Shown here piece by piece: positions 1 through 7,147 of a DNA stretch of 59,487 nucleotides. A model generated the notes under the pieces. The model searched no databases. It had not been told where the DNA came from and saw only the letters and a program-made list of their open reading frames with translations. The position numbers and the translations under genes were made by a program. The number at the start of each line of letters is the position of its first letter. Within the stretch, counting starts at the first letter, position 1. The stretch is from a virus. Its lineage: Duplodnaviria > Caudoviricetes. Where the stretch lies: the IMG/VR virus record IMGVR_UViG_3300036820_000019, positions 1-59,487 of that record; one strand, 5' to 3'.

Positions 1-127
1 AACGAGTGATGGTCTCGGCGTGGAACCCGAACATCTCGCCCGCCGCCTTGACGCCGATCCGGTTCGACTCGGCGACGACCTCCATTTTCGTGTCGAGCGA
101 AGGGTCCTCCCTGCGCGACTTGTCGCG
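1..127. repeat. Terminal direct repeat (copy 1), most likely the assembly overlap of a circular contig
   Basis: 1-127 is identical to 59361-59487, and a reading frame runs across the join. Confidence 0.95.
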
Positions 128-331
128 CGGCCGCGTCGACGCGAGCGCGGCCGCTGGGTCGGGGTGATCTTGGAACCGGAGCAGTCCCGGCTTCATGGTC
201 AACAGAAGACTGACCATCCGTTCGTACTCGGCCAGCGTCAAGCCGGGAGGCACCGTCATGGTCACGATGCGCCCCGGCGAGAGTGGAAGAGTCAGAGGTA
301 CGTCCTCGGGTGCCGCCTCAGCCTTTGGCAT
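1..331 (-). CDS. HTH DNA-binding protein, 5' part; continues across the junction to 59113
   Basis: ATG at 331 (MPKAEAAPEDVPLTL...) is in frame with MEVVAESNRIGVKAAGEMFGFHAETITRWRR, an HTH-like pattern. Confidence 0.75.
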   Translation of the reverse strand, partial: MPKAEAAPEDVPLTLPLSPGRIVTMTVPPGLTLAEYERMVSLLLTMKPGLLRFQDHPDPAAALASTRPRDKSRREDPSLDTKMEVVAESNRIGVKAAGEMFGFHAETITR

Positions 332-644
332 TGAGCCGCCGTCGAGCGATCTCCTCGTGGTGCCACTCCTCGAACTGCGCCAGTTTCACGGCCCGACGCC
401 GGTTGATATGGGCGAACGACAACTCATTCTCGTTGCGCACGAACGCCAAGGCGGCGAAGACGTCACCCATCTCGTCGCATAGCCGCTCGACGAGGTCACC
501 GGCGCCGTCCGGGTGGTCACCGTCCGGGTAGGCCTGCAACTTGCCGCAGACCTGCAACAACTCGCCGCATTCCTCGACGAGCTTCGAGATCCCCGGCCAG
601 AGAGACGCGCCGATTGAGTAGGGCTCCTCGTTGCCCGGCATCAC
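318..644 (-). CDS. MazG-like nucleotide pyrophosphohydrolase
   Basis: KLVEECGELLQ...DEMGDV acidic motifs of all-alpha NTP-PPases. Confidence 0.8.
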   Translation of the reverse strand: MMPGNEEPYSIGASLWPGISKLVEECGELLQVCGKLQAYPDGDHPDGAGDLVERLCDEMGDVFAALAFVRNENELSFAHINRRRAVKLAQFEEWHHEEIARRRLNAKG

Positions 645-1060
645 CAGTTCCTTGAGCCGCGGGCCCTCGACTCTTCGACCCGTGCGAAGTTCGCCGCACC
701 GAGGATGCGCGAGAGACGTCGTTCGAGTTGCACGATCCGCTCGGTCTGGTCCTGGCGCTCCTCGCGTATGTAGTCCTCGGGTTGCTTGATCTGCGCCAGA
801 CCGGCGTACGTCGGCGCCTCGCGGATCTCATACCCGCCGACCTGCACGGCTTGTGCGTCGGCGAAGTCGAACGGCGGCATGGCACCGACGATGCTGTCGA
901 GCGTCTTGTTGTGATGCACTCGGAGGTCGTCGAGACGCGTCTCGGATCTCACGGCGCGAGCCTCGGCCTCGGTCAGTTTGTCCTCTAGCCACTGCACCCG
1001 GTCGCGAGCGACGCGTGCGTCCTCGATGGCGTCGTCCAGTTCTTTCTTCGTTATGGGCAT
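641..1060 (-). CDS. Hypothetical coiled-coil protein
   Basis: CCCAGGAGG RBS at 1069-1077; heptad-like charged helices. Confidence 0.75.
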   Translation of the reverse strand: MPITKKELDDAIEDARVARDRVQWLEDKLTEAEARAVRSETRLDDLRVHHNKTLDSIVGAMPPFDFADAQAVQVGGYEIREAPTYAGLAQIKQPEDYIREERQDQTERIVQLERRLSRILGAANFARVEESRARGSRNW

Positions 1061-1063
1061 GCT

Positions 1064-1456
1064 TCATTCCTCCTGGGTTGTTGGGATTCTGAGACCGATG
1101 GCGACGGCGAAGTCGTTGAAATCGTCGACCCATTCGTTGTGTCCGACACAGAGCGAGACGATCCGCTGCGGGTCGTAGTAGTCCTCGGGGTAGTGCGACG
1201 TCTTGCGCAATTCGTGACCGGTCAGGCGGCCGTGGCAGTCGGGGATGGCGACGTTCCTCGGTTGCTTGGCGTTCGGCTGGGTCATCAGCCACCGGTCGAA
1301 GTACTTCCAAAACTGGCAGGTCTGACCGTCGCGGGCGAAGACGATCTCTAGCGCCGCGTGGCGTTCCGGGATTCGCGATTCACGAATCGGAGAACGAGAA
1401 CGCAGGCCTCGCCGGGCACGACGTACTCGGGGCGCCGGCTTCGGGTCAGTCGGCAC
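1064..1456 (-). CDS. HNH-like endonuclease
   Basis: ARDGQTCQ...CHGRLTGHE...IVSLCVGHNEWV pattern. Confidence 0.6.
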   Translation of the reverse strand: MPTDPKPAPRVRRARRGLRSRSPIRESRIPERHAALEIVFARDGQTCQFWKYFDRWLMTQPNAKQPRNVAIPDCHGRLTGHELRKTSHYPEDYYDPQRIVSLCVGHNEWVDDFNDFAVAIGLRIPTTQEE

Positions 1457-1649
1457 GGGTCCTCATTCGTCGGCCTTTCTTCACGCCCGAATTGCCGACG
1501 TGGTAGGTCCCGCAGTTGTTGCACTTGTAGGACCTGATCCGGTTCGACCCGCGGCGTTTCATGTTGAGGACGACGTGGTCGGCCTCCGGCTTCGTGCGGC
1601 AGACCTTCCCCGTGGCGTCGCAAATCCCGTCAGTCACAGTTCGCTTCAT
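1446..1649 (-). CDS. Small Zn-binding protein
   Basis: CDATGKVC...YKCNNCGTYHVG; start overlaps the upstream gene. Confidence 0.65.
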   Translation of the reverse strand: MKRTVTDGICDATGKVCRTKPEADHVVLNMKRRGSNRIRSYKCNNCGTYHVGNSGVKKGRRMRTRAD

Positions 1650-1977
1650 AGGGCTCCTCCTCGTTGTGCGAGTCGTACCAGTCCGGCCAGAACACAATCG
1701 GCGAGCCGCCACAGAGCTCCATCGCCACCGACTCGGCCTCGCGGTCGGTGAAGTACCCCCGCGCGATGGCTCGGTTCCACCGTTGACGGCCGGCGATCCC
1801 CGGCCAGCCGACAATCTCGTGCGCTACCGGTTGCACGCCGTCCGACACCCGGCCGAGTTGCAAGGTCGACTCGCGGCCGAGGAACGGCCATCGTCTCGCC
1901 AGGTAGTCCCGCACCGGTTGAACCGGCCAGTGAGCATCGCGCTCGTCCAGCCGTGTGAACCGTGCATCTAGGTCCAT
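1630..1977 (-). CDS. Hypothetical protein
   Basis: Coupled stop/start; plausible composition. Confidence 0.6.
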   Translation of the reverse strand: MDLDARFTRLDERDAHWPVQPVRDYLARRWPFLGRESTLQLGRVSDGVQPVAHEIVGWPGIAGRQRWNRAIARGYFTDREAESVAMELCGGSPIVFWPDWYDSHNEEEPYEANCD

Positions 1978-2162
1978 CAGTCATTCTCCCAACCGTCCCA
2001 GCGGTGAGACTCCGCCAGGCGCTCGGTGACGACCTCCGGGTGCTGGGTTAGCATGTGCAACGCCTGGCCCTCGAAGTCGGCCTCCTCGAGTTCGACCGGG
2101 CATTCGGGACACTGGATCATGACGGGTGGTCCGACCATCGCGCGTATGTGTTGTTCACTCAC
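1977..2162 (-). CDS. C2H2-type Zn-finger small protein
   Basis: CPEC...HMLTQH; GTG overlaps the upstream TGA. Confidence 0.6.
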   Translation of the reverse strand: MSEQHIRAMVGPPVMIQCPECPVELEEADFEGQALHMLTQHPEVVTERLAESHRWDGWEND

Positions 2163-2461
2163 TGCGCCTTCCCCCCGTTCTTCATCTTTTGCGCCCAGGA
2201 CCGGAACGGCACCGGTGAGTCGCCGGGCCCGTTCATGGACTTCTTGACGGCACCGGACGAACCTCGGCCCATGCCCGAGAACGCGAGCTGCACGTGGAAC
2301 TCTTTGCATTCGCACCCAGCGACCTGGCAGGCGCCAACGCCGAACGCCGTCACGGTTTTACCGTCGCGGTCGACCTTCCTCCCGTTCGCGTGCACGTTCT
2401 TTCGGTCTCCGCAGTCACAGCGTTTGTTCGCCTGCGGATCCGTCTTCGGTGGTTTTCTCAT
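2159..2461 (-). CDS. Cys/His-module hypothetical protein
   Basis: CDCGDRKNVH...GACQVAGCECKEF. Confidence 0.65.
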   Translation of the reverse strand: MRKPPKTDPQANKRCDCGDRKNVHANGRKVDRDGKTVTAFGVGACQVAGCECKEFHVQLAFSGMGRGSSGAVKKSMNGPGDSPVPFRSWAQKMKNGGKAQ

Positions 2462-2625
2462 GCCATGCCGCCTTTCCTCCTGGGTCGGGATCTTGCTAGG
2501 TACTCGGGACAGCCGCACTTGACGCACGGAGGCGCCGAGACGTTGAGGTCGTGACCCGGCTTGAGTGGGTGCTCGTCGGGCCCGTGGCCGCAACCGGATC
2601 TAACGCACACGGGGTCATAGGGCAC
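2458..2625 (-). CDS. Cys/His-module small protein
   Basis: CVRSGCGHGPDEH...PCVKCGCPEY. Confidence 0.6.
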   Translation of the reverse strand: MPYDPVCVRSGCGHGPDEHPLKPGHDLNVSAPPCVKCGCPEYLARSRPRRKGGMA

Positions 2626-3112
2626 GGCCCATAGCTTTCCGCGCCTCGGCGATCCCTGCCGGGAAAGTCTCCGGGTCCCAGGCGGGCGGCGACCCTTCGG
2701 GGTCGTCGACGACCGCCGTCGTGCGTTCTTCACCGTTAACTACCGTTAGGCGCGCATCTGATGCGCGGGTTGAGCGCGCATCCATGCGCGGGTTGGCGCG
2801 CACCGGTGCGCGGGTTGTGAATAACTTCCCCTGCCCGAATGCGCGGGTTGCGACGTCGTAAATGGTCGGGTGTCGACCTCGGCTTGAGTGTTGGATCAAG
2901 ACGCCCTCGGCGACCAGAGCCTTGAGCAACCGGCGAACGTGACCGACGTGGTACCCAGTCTGCTCGGCCATGGTCTCGACCGACCGTCGGGAACCTCGGC
3001 CCTCGACGTCGCAACCATTCGCCACGGCGAGGAGGATGACCTTGCGCCCACGACGGGCCGGAGTATCAGCTCGGTAGTTGTCTTGCACAAGGCCGACGAC
3101 GACACCGCTCAA
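2615..3112 (-). CDS. Winged-HTH protein, putative replication initiator
   Basis: KVILLAVAN...SVETMAEQTGYHVGHVRRLLKALVAEGVL is typical of phage initiator wHTH domains. Confidence 0.7.
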   Translation of the reverse strand: MSGVVVGLVQDNYRADTPARRGRKVILLAVANGCDVEGRGSRRSVETMAEQTGYHVGHVRRLLKALVAEGVLIQHSSRGRHPTIYDVATRAFGQGKLFTTRAPVRANPRMDARSTRASDARLTVVNGEERTTAVVDDPEGSPPAWDPETFPAGIAEARKAMGRAL

Positions 3113-3183
3113 GACGTCGGAGTTTGATGCAGAGAGGCGACGGGTAAAGTTCCCATGTCGGACTGACCTCCGATGCGAGTCTT

Positions 3184-3221
3184 GAGAACCGTCGGCCTCC
3201 GAGAAGCGGTCGGCGGTTCTT
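3184..3221 (-). terminator. Putative hairpin terminator
   Basis: AGAACCGCCGACC...GGCCGACGGTTCT imperfect inverted repeat in an intergenic gap. Confidence 0.4.
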
Positions 3222-3252
3222 CGCGTGTGGCGAGGACCCTACCGCGGCCCGG

Positions 3253-3528
3253 TCAACTTGTCGAAGGGTTCTCCTCGACCGGCGGTCCGCCCTCACCGAT
3301 CAGTTTCGCCAGCACGTGCGCCGACACGACGGCCATCGGTGAGACAGCCATTCGGCCGTCGGGTTGCGGTCGCGGCACGCCGAGAACTATGACCTCCTCG
3401 CCGTGCAGTTGGCACTTGTACGCGACCATGACGTCGAGTTCGATAGCCGTCCGCATGATGATCATCGACGCCTCGGCTTCGGCCTCCTGCGCCGGAGTGA
3501 AGTGCCAAGGGTCGTCATAGACGCTCAC
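3253..3528 (-). CDS. Hypothetical protein
   Basis: GTG overlaps the upstream TGA; GC3-rich. Confidence 0.6.
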   Translation of the reverse strand: MSVYDDPWHFTPAQEAEAEASMIIMRTAIELDVMVAYKCQLHGEEVIVLGVPRPQPDGRMAVSPMAVVSAHVLAKLIGEGGPPVEENPSTS

Positions 3529-3632
3529 GAGTGATGCCGCCGGTGGCGCCTGGCGCCCCTGGTGAACCCGGCATCGAACCCGAACCGCACCGACTCGACG
3601 GCGCCTCGCCACCACGACCGGAGGCGACGCAC
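3525..3632 (-). CDS. 35-aa basic microprotein (not in ORF track)
   Basis: MRRLRSWWRGAVESVRFGFDAGFTRGARRHRRHHS; overlaps the stop and start of both neighbours. Confidence 0.45.
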   Translation of the reverse strand: MRRLRSWWRGAVESVRFGFDAGFTRGARRHRRHHS

Positions 3633-4132
3633 TAGAACGGCTCCTCGTCGTCGGCGTAGACGGGCTCGCCACCGGCATACTGACGGTTAGCGTCTCGTTG
3701 GGCGTCCGGGTTCGGTGCTCCGCCTGAGCGGGCACGTGGGCGGCGCTCCGTGGCGTTCGTGGCCGTCGACCCTCTCTCGTTTCGGAGGATGCTCGCCGTC
3801 GACCACCGAAGCGACGGTGCGGCCTCGTCGGCTTGCATCTCCATCACCGAATGGTTCTGGCCGTCGCGGTCCTCCCAGGACCGCTGCTCGAGTTCGCCGG
3901 TAGCTATGACGCGGTCGCCCTTGTGCAGGGAGTCGCCGCAGTTCTCGGCGAGGGTACGCCAGGTGATGACTTTGACGAACGACGTCTTCTCGTCCCACTC
4001 ATTCGTCTGTTTGTTGAGGGTCCTCTTCGAGACCGCGAGCGTGAACGAGCACGAGGCGATGCCGGACTTCGTGAAACGAGTCTCCGGGTCGGCGGTCAGG
4101 TTGCCGACGAGGGTCAGGGAATTACTCGGCAT
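3632..4132 (-). CDS. ssb: Single-stranded DNA-binding protein
   Basis: LVGNLTADPETRFTKSG OB-fold; acidic tail DDEEPF. Confidence 0.97.
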   Translation of the reverse strand: MPSNSLTLVGNLTADPETRFTKSGIASCSFTLAVSKRTLNKQTNEWDEKTSFVKVITWRTLAENCGDSLHKGDRVIATGELEQRSWEDRDGQNHSVMEMQADEAAPSLRWSTASILRNERGSTATNATERRPRARSGGAPNPDAQRDANRQYAGGEPVYADDEEPF

Positions 4133-5513
4133 CGGTGCCTCCTGTGTTCCCAGCTATTGCCGTGGGTGGCGTCGTCATCTGTAGCGCGGCCTGCCGTGCG
4201 AGACGGTCCTTGCGTTGCGGAGCAGTGCCGTCGATGGGCAGTCCGAACCGTTCGAGCGCCCCAGTCAGATCGGCCGCCTTTGCTGGTGCGATCTCTCGCT
4301 CAAGGGTGTCGCGTTGGTCCTCAGTGATCCCCAGTTCGTACAGGTCCTCCCACGACGGCCATTCGGCAGTCGCGCCTTCGGGTGGTTTCGGCGTGTCAGG
4401 TCTCGGAGCCGCGTGAGCAGCCGCTAACCGGTTCGCCTTTATGCGGAGCGACTCGGCGTCGACGGCGTCATCGGCGACAGCCTGCGCGGCCTTGACCTCG
4501 GGCGAATCCTCGTGAGGTTCCGGCGTCCGGTTCGCGAGCCGTGCCGGAGCGGGCGGTGGTGCCTGCGCGACGCCCGCCGACTTGGCGATGTCGTCAGCAT
4601 CGAGGATGGCGTCGACGTCCGGCTCGGCAGTATGCCCGTCGGTCGGCTCCTCGTCTTCGTGCGGTGCTTGTTCGTGACGGACGGCGGCCTCTGGGCCGTC
4701 GGGTGCTCCGGCGGCCTCCTGCGCGGCCAGGGCCCGGAGCCGGTCGAACAATTCGTCGGCGACGGTGGCAGGCATGGGCCACTTGCGATTGACGTCCTTC
4801 GACGCCAGCCACGCCCGGACCTCCTCGGCCTGTTCGAGCGAGAGCATCGCCCAAGCAGTCGAGACCTGAGTGTGGATCGTCTCGTAGTCCTCGACCGACT
4901 GATAGCCGAAGTACTCCCACGCCTCGGGAGGTTGCACGTCGGAGGCGGGCGAGCCGGAGTCCGAGTCGTCGTTCTTGTCGCCGATCATCAGGGTTTGCAG
5001 GAGCGCATATTTGTAGGCCTGAGTCATGCACTTGTTCGGGCCCTTGTCGGTCTGGTCGCGCGCTATGGCGATGAACCCTTTCTTGCCACCGACGGTGAGC
5101 TTCGTGCCGGAGGGCCCGTGCACAAAGCGGTACTTGATCCGCATCGTCGTCTCGGTCCACGGCTTGCCCGCGACCGTTATCGGAACGATGACCGCGCCGC
5201 CCTTGATGATCGGGTAGCAGACAACACCGAGGCGACCGAGCACGGCTTGCGCCTCGGCCGTGATTGCCTCGATGCCACGGTAGGCATATCCGCCCATCTC
5301 CGGCGCTGCCTTCGAGCCCTTGCCGATGGCAGGCAGCTCGACCATGGCGTGAGCCAGCGCCTCGTAGATGTTCTCCGGGTCTCGGGTGAGCCAGGCCCCG
5401 AGGGTCGAGGTCTCGATGATGCGGTCTAGGGCCTGGTCGAGTTCCTCGGCGGTGTAGGTCCGGCCGCCGTGTTCGTGGATGACGACGGCGGGTGCGTCGG
5501 TGTCGGTGGTCAT
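4122..5513 (-). CDS. ERF-family ssDNA-annealing protein with a long C-terminal extension and SAP-like motif
   Basis: GYAYRGIEAI...ARDQTDKGPNKCMTQAYKYALLQTLMIG; lies next to SSB. Confidence 0.85.
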   Translation of the reverse strand: MTTDTDAPAVVIHEHGGRTYTAEELDQALDRIIETSTLGAWLTRDPENIYEALAHAMVELPAIGKGSKAAPEMGGYAYRGIEAITAEAQAVLGRLGVVCYPIIKGGAVIVPITVAGKPWTETTMRIKYRFVHGPSGTKLTVGGKKGFIAIARDQTDKGPNKCMTQAYKYALLQTLMIGDKNDDSDSGSPASDVQPPEAWEYFGYQSVEDYETIHTQVSTAWAMLSLEQAEEVRAWLASKDVNRKWPMPATVADELFDRLRALAAQEAAGAPDGPEAAVRHEQAPHEDEEPTDGHTAEPDVDAILDADDIAKSAGVAQAPPPAPARLANRTPEPHEDSPEVKAAQAVADDAVDAESLRIKANRLAAAHAAPRPDTPKPPEGATAEWPSWEDLYELGITEDQRDTLEREIAPAKAADLTGALERFGLPIDGTAPQRKDRLARQAALQMTTPPTAIAGNTGGTDAE

Positions 5514-6154
5514 TTGGTCTCCTGGGTAGGGGTGATTTTGAACGTGTCGCGTGCGACGCGGACGACCATAACGCCCGGCACGACTGAGCCCTCCTCGTCT
5601 CCGGCGTGCTTGTAGATGACCGAGGAGACGAGGAGGTCGCCCGACGGCGTCGGCACTCCCTCGGTGACCGGCAGGGTGCCAAGGTCGGACTTGCGAGGCA
5701 CGTACTTGATCTCGTGAAACGGGATCGGGTCCTCATCGGTCCCGACCGATATCGCCCACTCGAGGAGAGCCGCTTCGTCGGTGACCTCGACACGGGTCGA
5801 GGGTTTCGTGAGCGCCAGGCGAGCATCGGGCGTGTCGACGTATTTGCGAGTAGTCCGGTTGCCGACACGAGCCCGCGTCCAGTGGTCGAGGGCTTGCTGT
5901 AACCACGCCTGGCGCATCATGAGCCGACGGCTCCGGCGTTCGACCCACGCGTCGATCTCAGCCTTGCGAGCCTCGGCGACTTTCTCGATGGTGTCTATGT
6001 CCCGCCACGTCAATTTGTAGGCGAGCGAGAAGCGGTGCGCCGTCTCCTCGTCGGGCACGACCGAGTCGGTCGGCGTGTTGACGTAGTAAGTCTCCTCGTC
6101 GGGTACGCCCGCGAGTTCGTTGTCGAGTTCGCGCTCGACGTCGTCAAGTGACAT
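5510..6154 (-). CDS. Mu Gam-like host-nuclease inhibitor / DNA-end-binding protein
   Basis: Coiled coil EIDAWVE...LQQALDHW then KYVDTPDARLALTK...VTDEAALLEWA; start moved to the ATG after RBS CCCAGGAGG. Confidence 0.75.
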   Translation of the reverse strand: MSLDDVERELDNELAGVPDEETYYVNTPTDSVVPDEETAHRFSLAYKLTWRDIDTIEKVAEARKAEIDAWVERRSRRLMMRQAWLQQALDHWTRARVGNRTTRKYVDTPDARLALTKPSTRVEVTDEAALLEWAISVGTDEDPIPFHEIKYVPRKSDLGTLPVTEGVPTPSGDLLVSSVIYKHAGDEEGSVVPGVMVVRVARDTFKITPTQETK

Positions 6155-6190
6155 GCTGCTCCTCCTGGGTTGGGGGTCGACCTTCGTCAG

Positions 6191-6207
6191 GTCAAGAATA
6201 TCTTTCG
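6191..6207 (-). promoter_or_regulatory. Degenerate copy of the operator/-35 motif, with no -10 box
   Basis: CGAAAGATATTCTTGAC versus consensus TGAAAGATTGTCTTGAC. Confidence 0.6.
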
Positions 6208-6213
6208 GGTGTA

Positions 6214-6393
6214 TTACTTCGCGACGAGGTCCCGGCCCTTCGTCAGGGCCCACTTGTCGATCGTTATCTCCTTCCACGCGGGGCGGCCGCCGATGGTGGC
6301 GTCGGGCTCCGGGAGGAGTCCTCGGTGGCGCCAGCCATCGACGGTCGATCTCGTCTTATCGAGTCGTACGGCAATTTCCTTGAGTCCGAGCAT
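6214..6393 (-). CDS. AlpA/excisionase-like HTH protein, 59 aa (not in ORF track)
   Basis: MLGLKEIAVRLDKTRSTVDGWRHRGLLPEPDATIGGRPAWKEITIDKW; AAAGGAG RBS. Confidence 0.85.
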   Translation of the reverse strand: MLGLKEIAVRLDKTRSTVDGWRHRGLLPEPDATIGGRPAWKEITIDKWALTKGRDLVAK

Positions 6394-6407
6394 CTAGCTC
6401 CCTTTCG

Positions 6408-6614
6408 TCAGAACCATCGAGCCGCCGCACGGTAGCCGTACTCGTCCTCCCACGCCCGGAGCGTGTCCTCCGTGAGGTCTGCTCCGCAGTCGGCGCAGAA
6501 CACGCCACCCGACTGCCCGACGTCGGGCTCGGCGGCGAAGGATTCGGTGTGCAGGTGCGGGCAGTTGGCGTTGGCCTCGCGGGCCTCGGAGCGCCGCTCC
6601 TCGACGATGCTCAC
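6408..6614 (-). CDS. Zn-ribbon hypothetical protein
   Basis: CPH...FCADCG. Confidence 0.65.
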   Translation of the reverse strand: MSIVEERRSEAREANANCPHLHTESFAAEPDVGQSGGVFCADCGADLTEDTLRAWEDEYGYRAAARWF

Positions 6615-6868
6615 AGCGAGTGCGCTCGGAGGAAGGTCTCACGACCGTGCCAGCCCGCGTAGCAGGTCTGGATGGACACGAGCATCGCCATGATGGGCGA
6701 GGGCGAGTAGGTGAGTCCGGCGTTGAACACCGGGTCAGCACCCGCCGAGAAGCGAGCTTTCCAGTCGGCGTAGTCGCCCGACTCGAGGAAAGCCTTCGGG
6801 CCGACGAGTGCGTCGGTCGCCGTGTCGAAGGTGAACTCTCCGACGACGACTTCGGTGGTGGTGGACAT
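6611..6868 (-). CDS. Hypothetical protein, first gene behind promoter cassette 1
   Basis: ATG 5 nt after CCCCCAGGAGG. Confidence 0.75.
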   Translation of the reverse strand: MSTTTEVVVGEFTFDTATDALVGPKAFLESGDYADWKARFSAGADPVFNAGLTYSPSPIMAMLVSIQTCYAGWHGRETFLRAHSL

Positions 6869-6955
6869 TGCGACCTCCTGGGGGAAGTTTGACGGCGCCC
6901 TGCCGACATCACTCACGGTAATGCCGCGCCGTCGGGAAGTCAAGAGAATCTTTCA
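6869..6955 (-). promoter_or_regulatory. Promoter cassette copy 1
   Basis: TGAAAGATTCTC-TTGACT-N17-TACCGT, hairpin CGGC-AGGGC-GCCG, RBS TTCCCCCAGGAGG. Confidence 0.85.
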
Positions 6956-7147
6956 GAGTGCGACGTGGATGAGGTCCTTCGAGGCGGCCCAGTCAATCGT
7001 GAACTCGTGGCCGCAGGGCATGACGTTGAGGGTTCGAGCCTTGACACTCGCGATCCTCAACCATTGGATCTCCGCCGCGCACGTCGGGCAGCGGTCGGAG
7101 TGCGGCAGGACACGCCAAGCCGTCATCGCTTCGTCGAGGCAAGGCAT
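6953..7147 (-). CDS. Small Zn-finger protein
   Basis: CPTC...PCGH; its TGA is the first triplet of the cassette motif. Confidence 0.6.
   Translation of the reverse strand: MPCLDEAMTAWRVLPHSDRCPTCAAEIQWLRIASVKARTLNVMPCGHEFTIDWAASKDLIHVAL

Noticed and set aside
1-127. Biological direct terminal repeat
   Set aside because: The 127-bp length matches a common assembler k-mer and it falls mid-gene; treated as a circularisation overlap
3530-3630. tRNA-like GGTTCGATGCC...CACCA on the minus strand
   Set aside because: No acceptor stem or D arm with the right spacing; better explained by a coupled 35-aa ORF
6155-6277. N-terminal extension of the Gam ORF given in the track
   Set aside because: Overlaps the HTH gene and the operator; the strong RBS indicates a start at 6154
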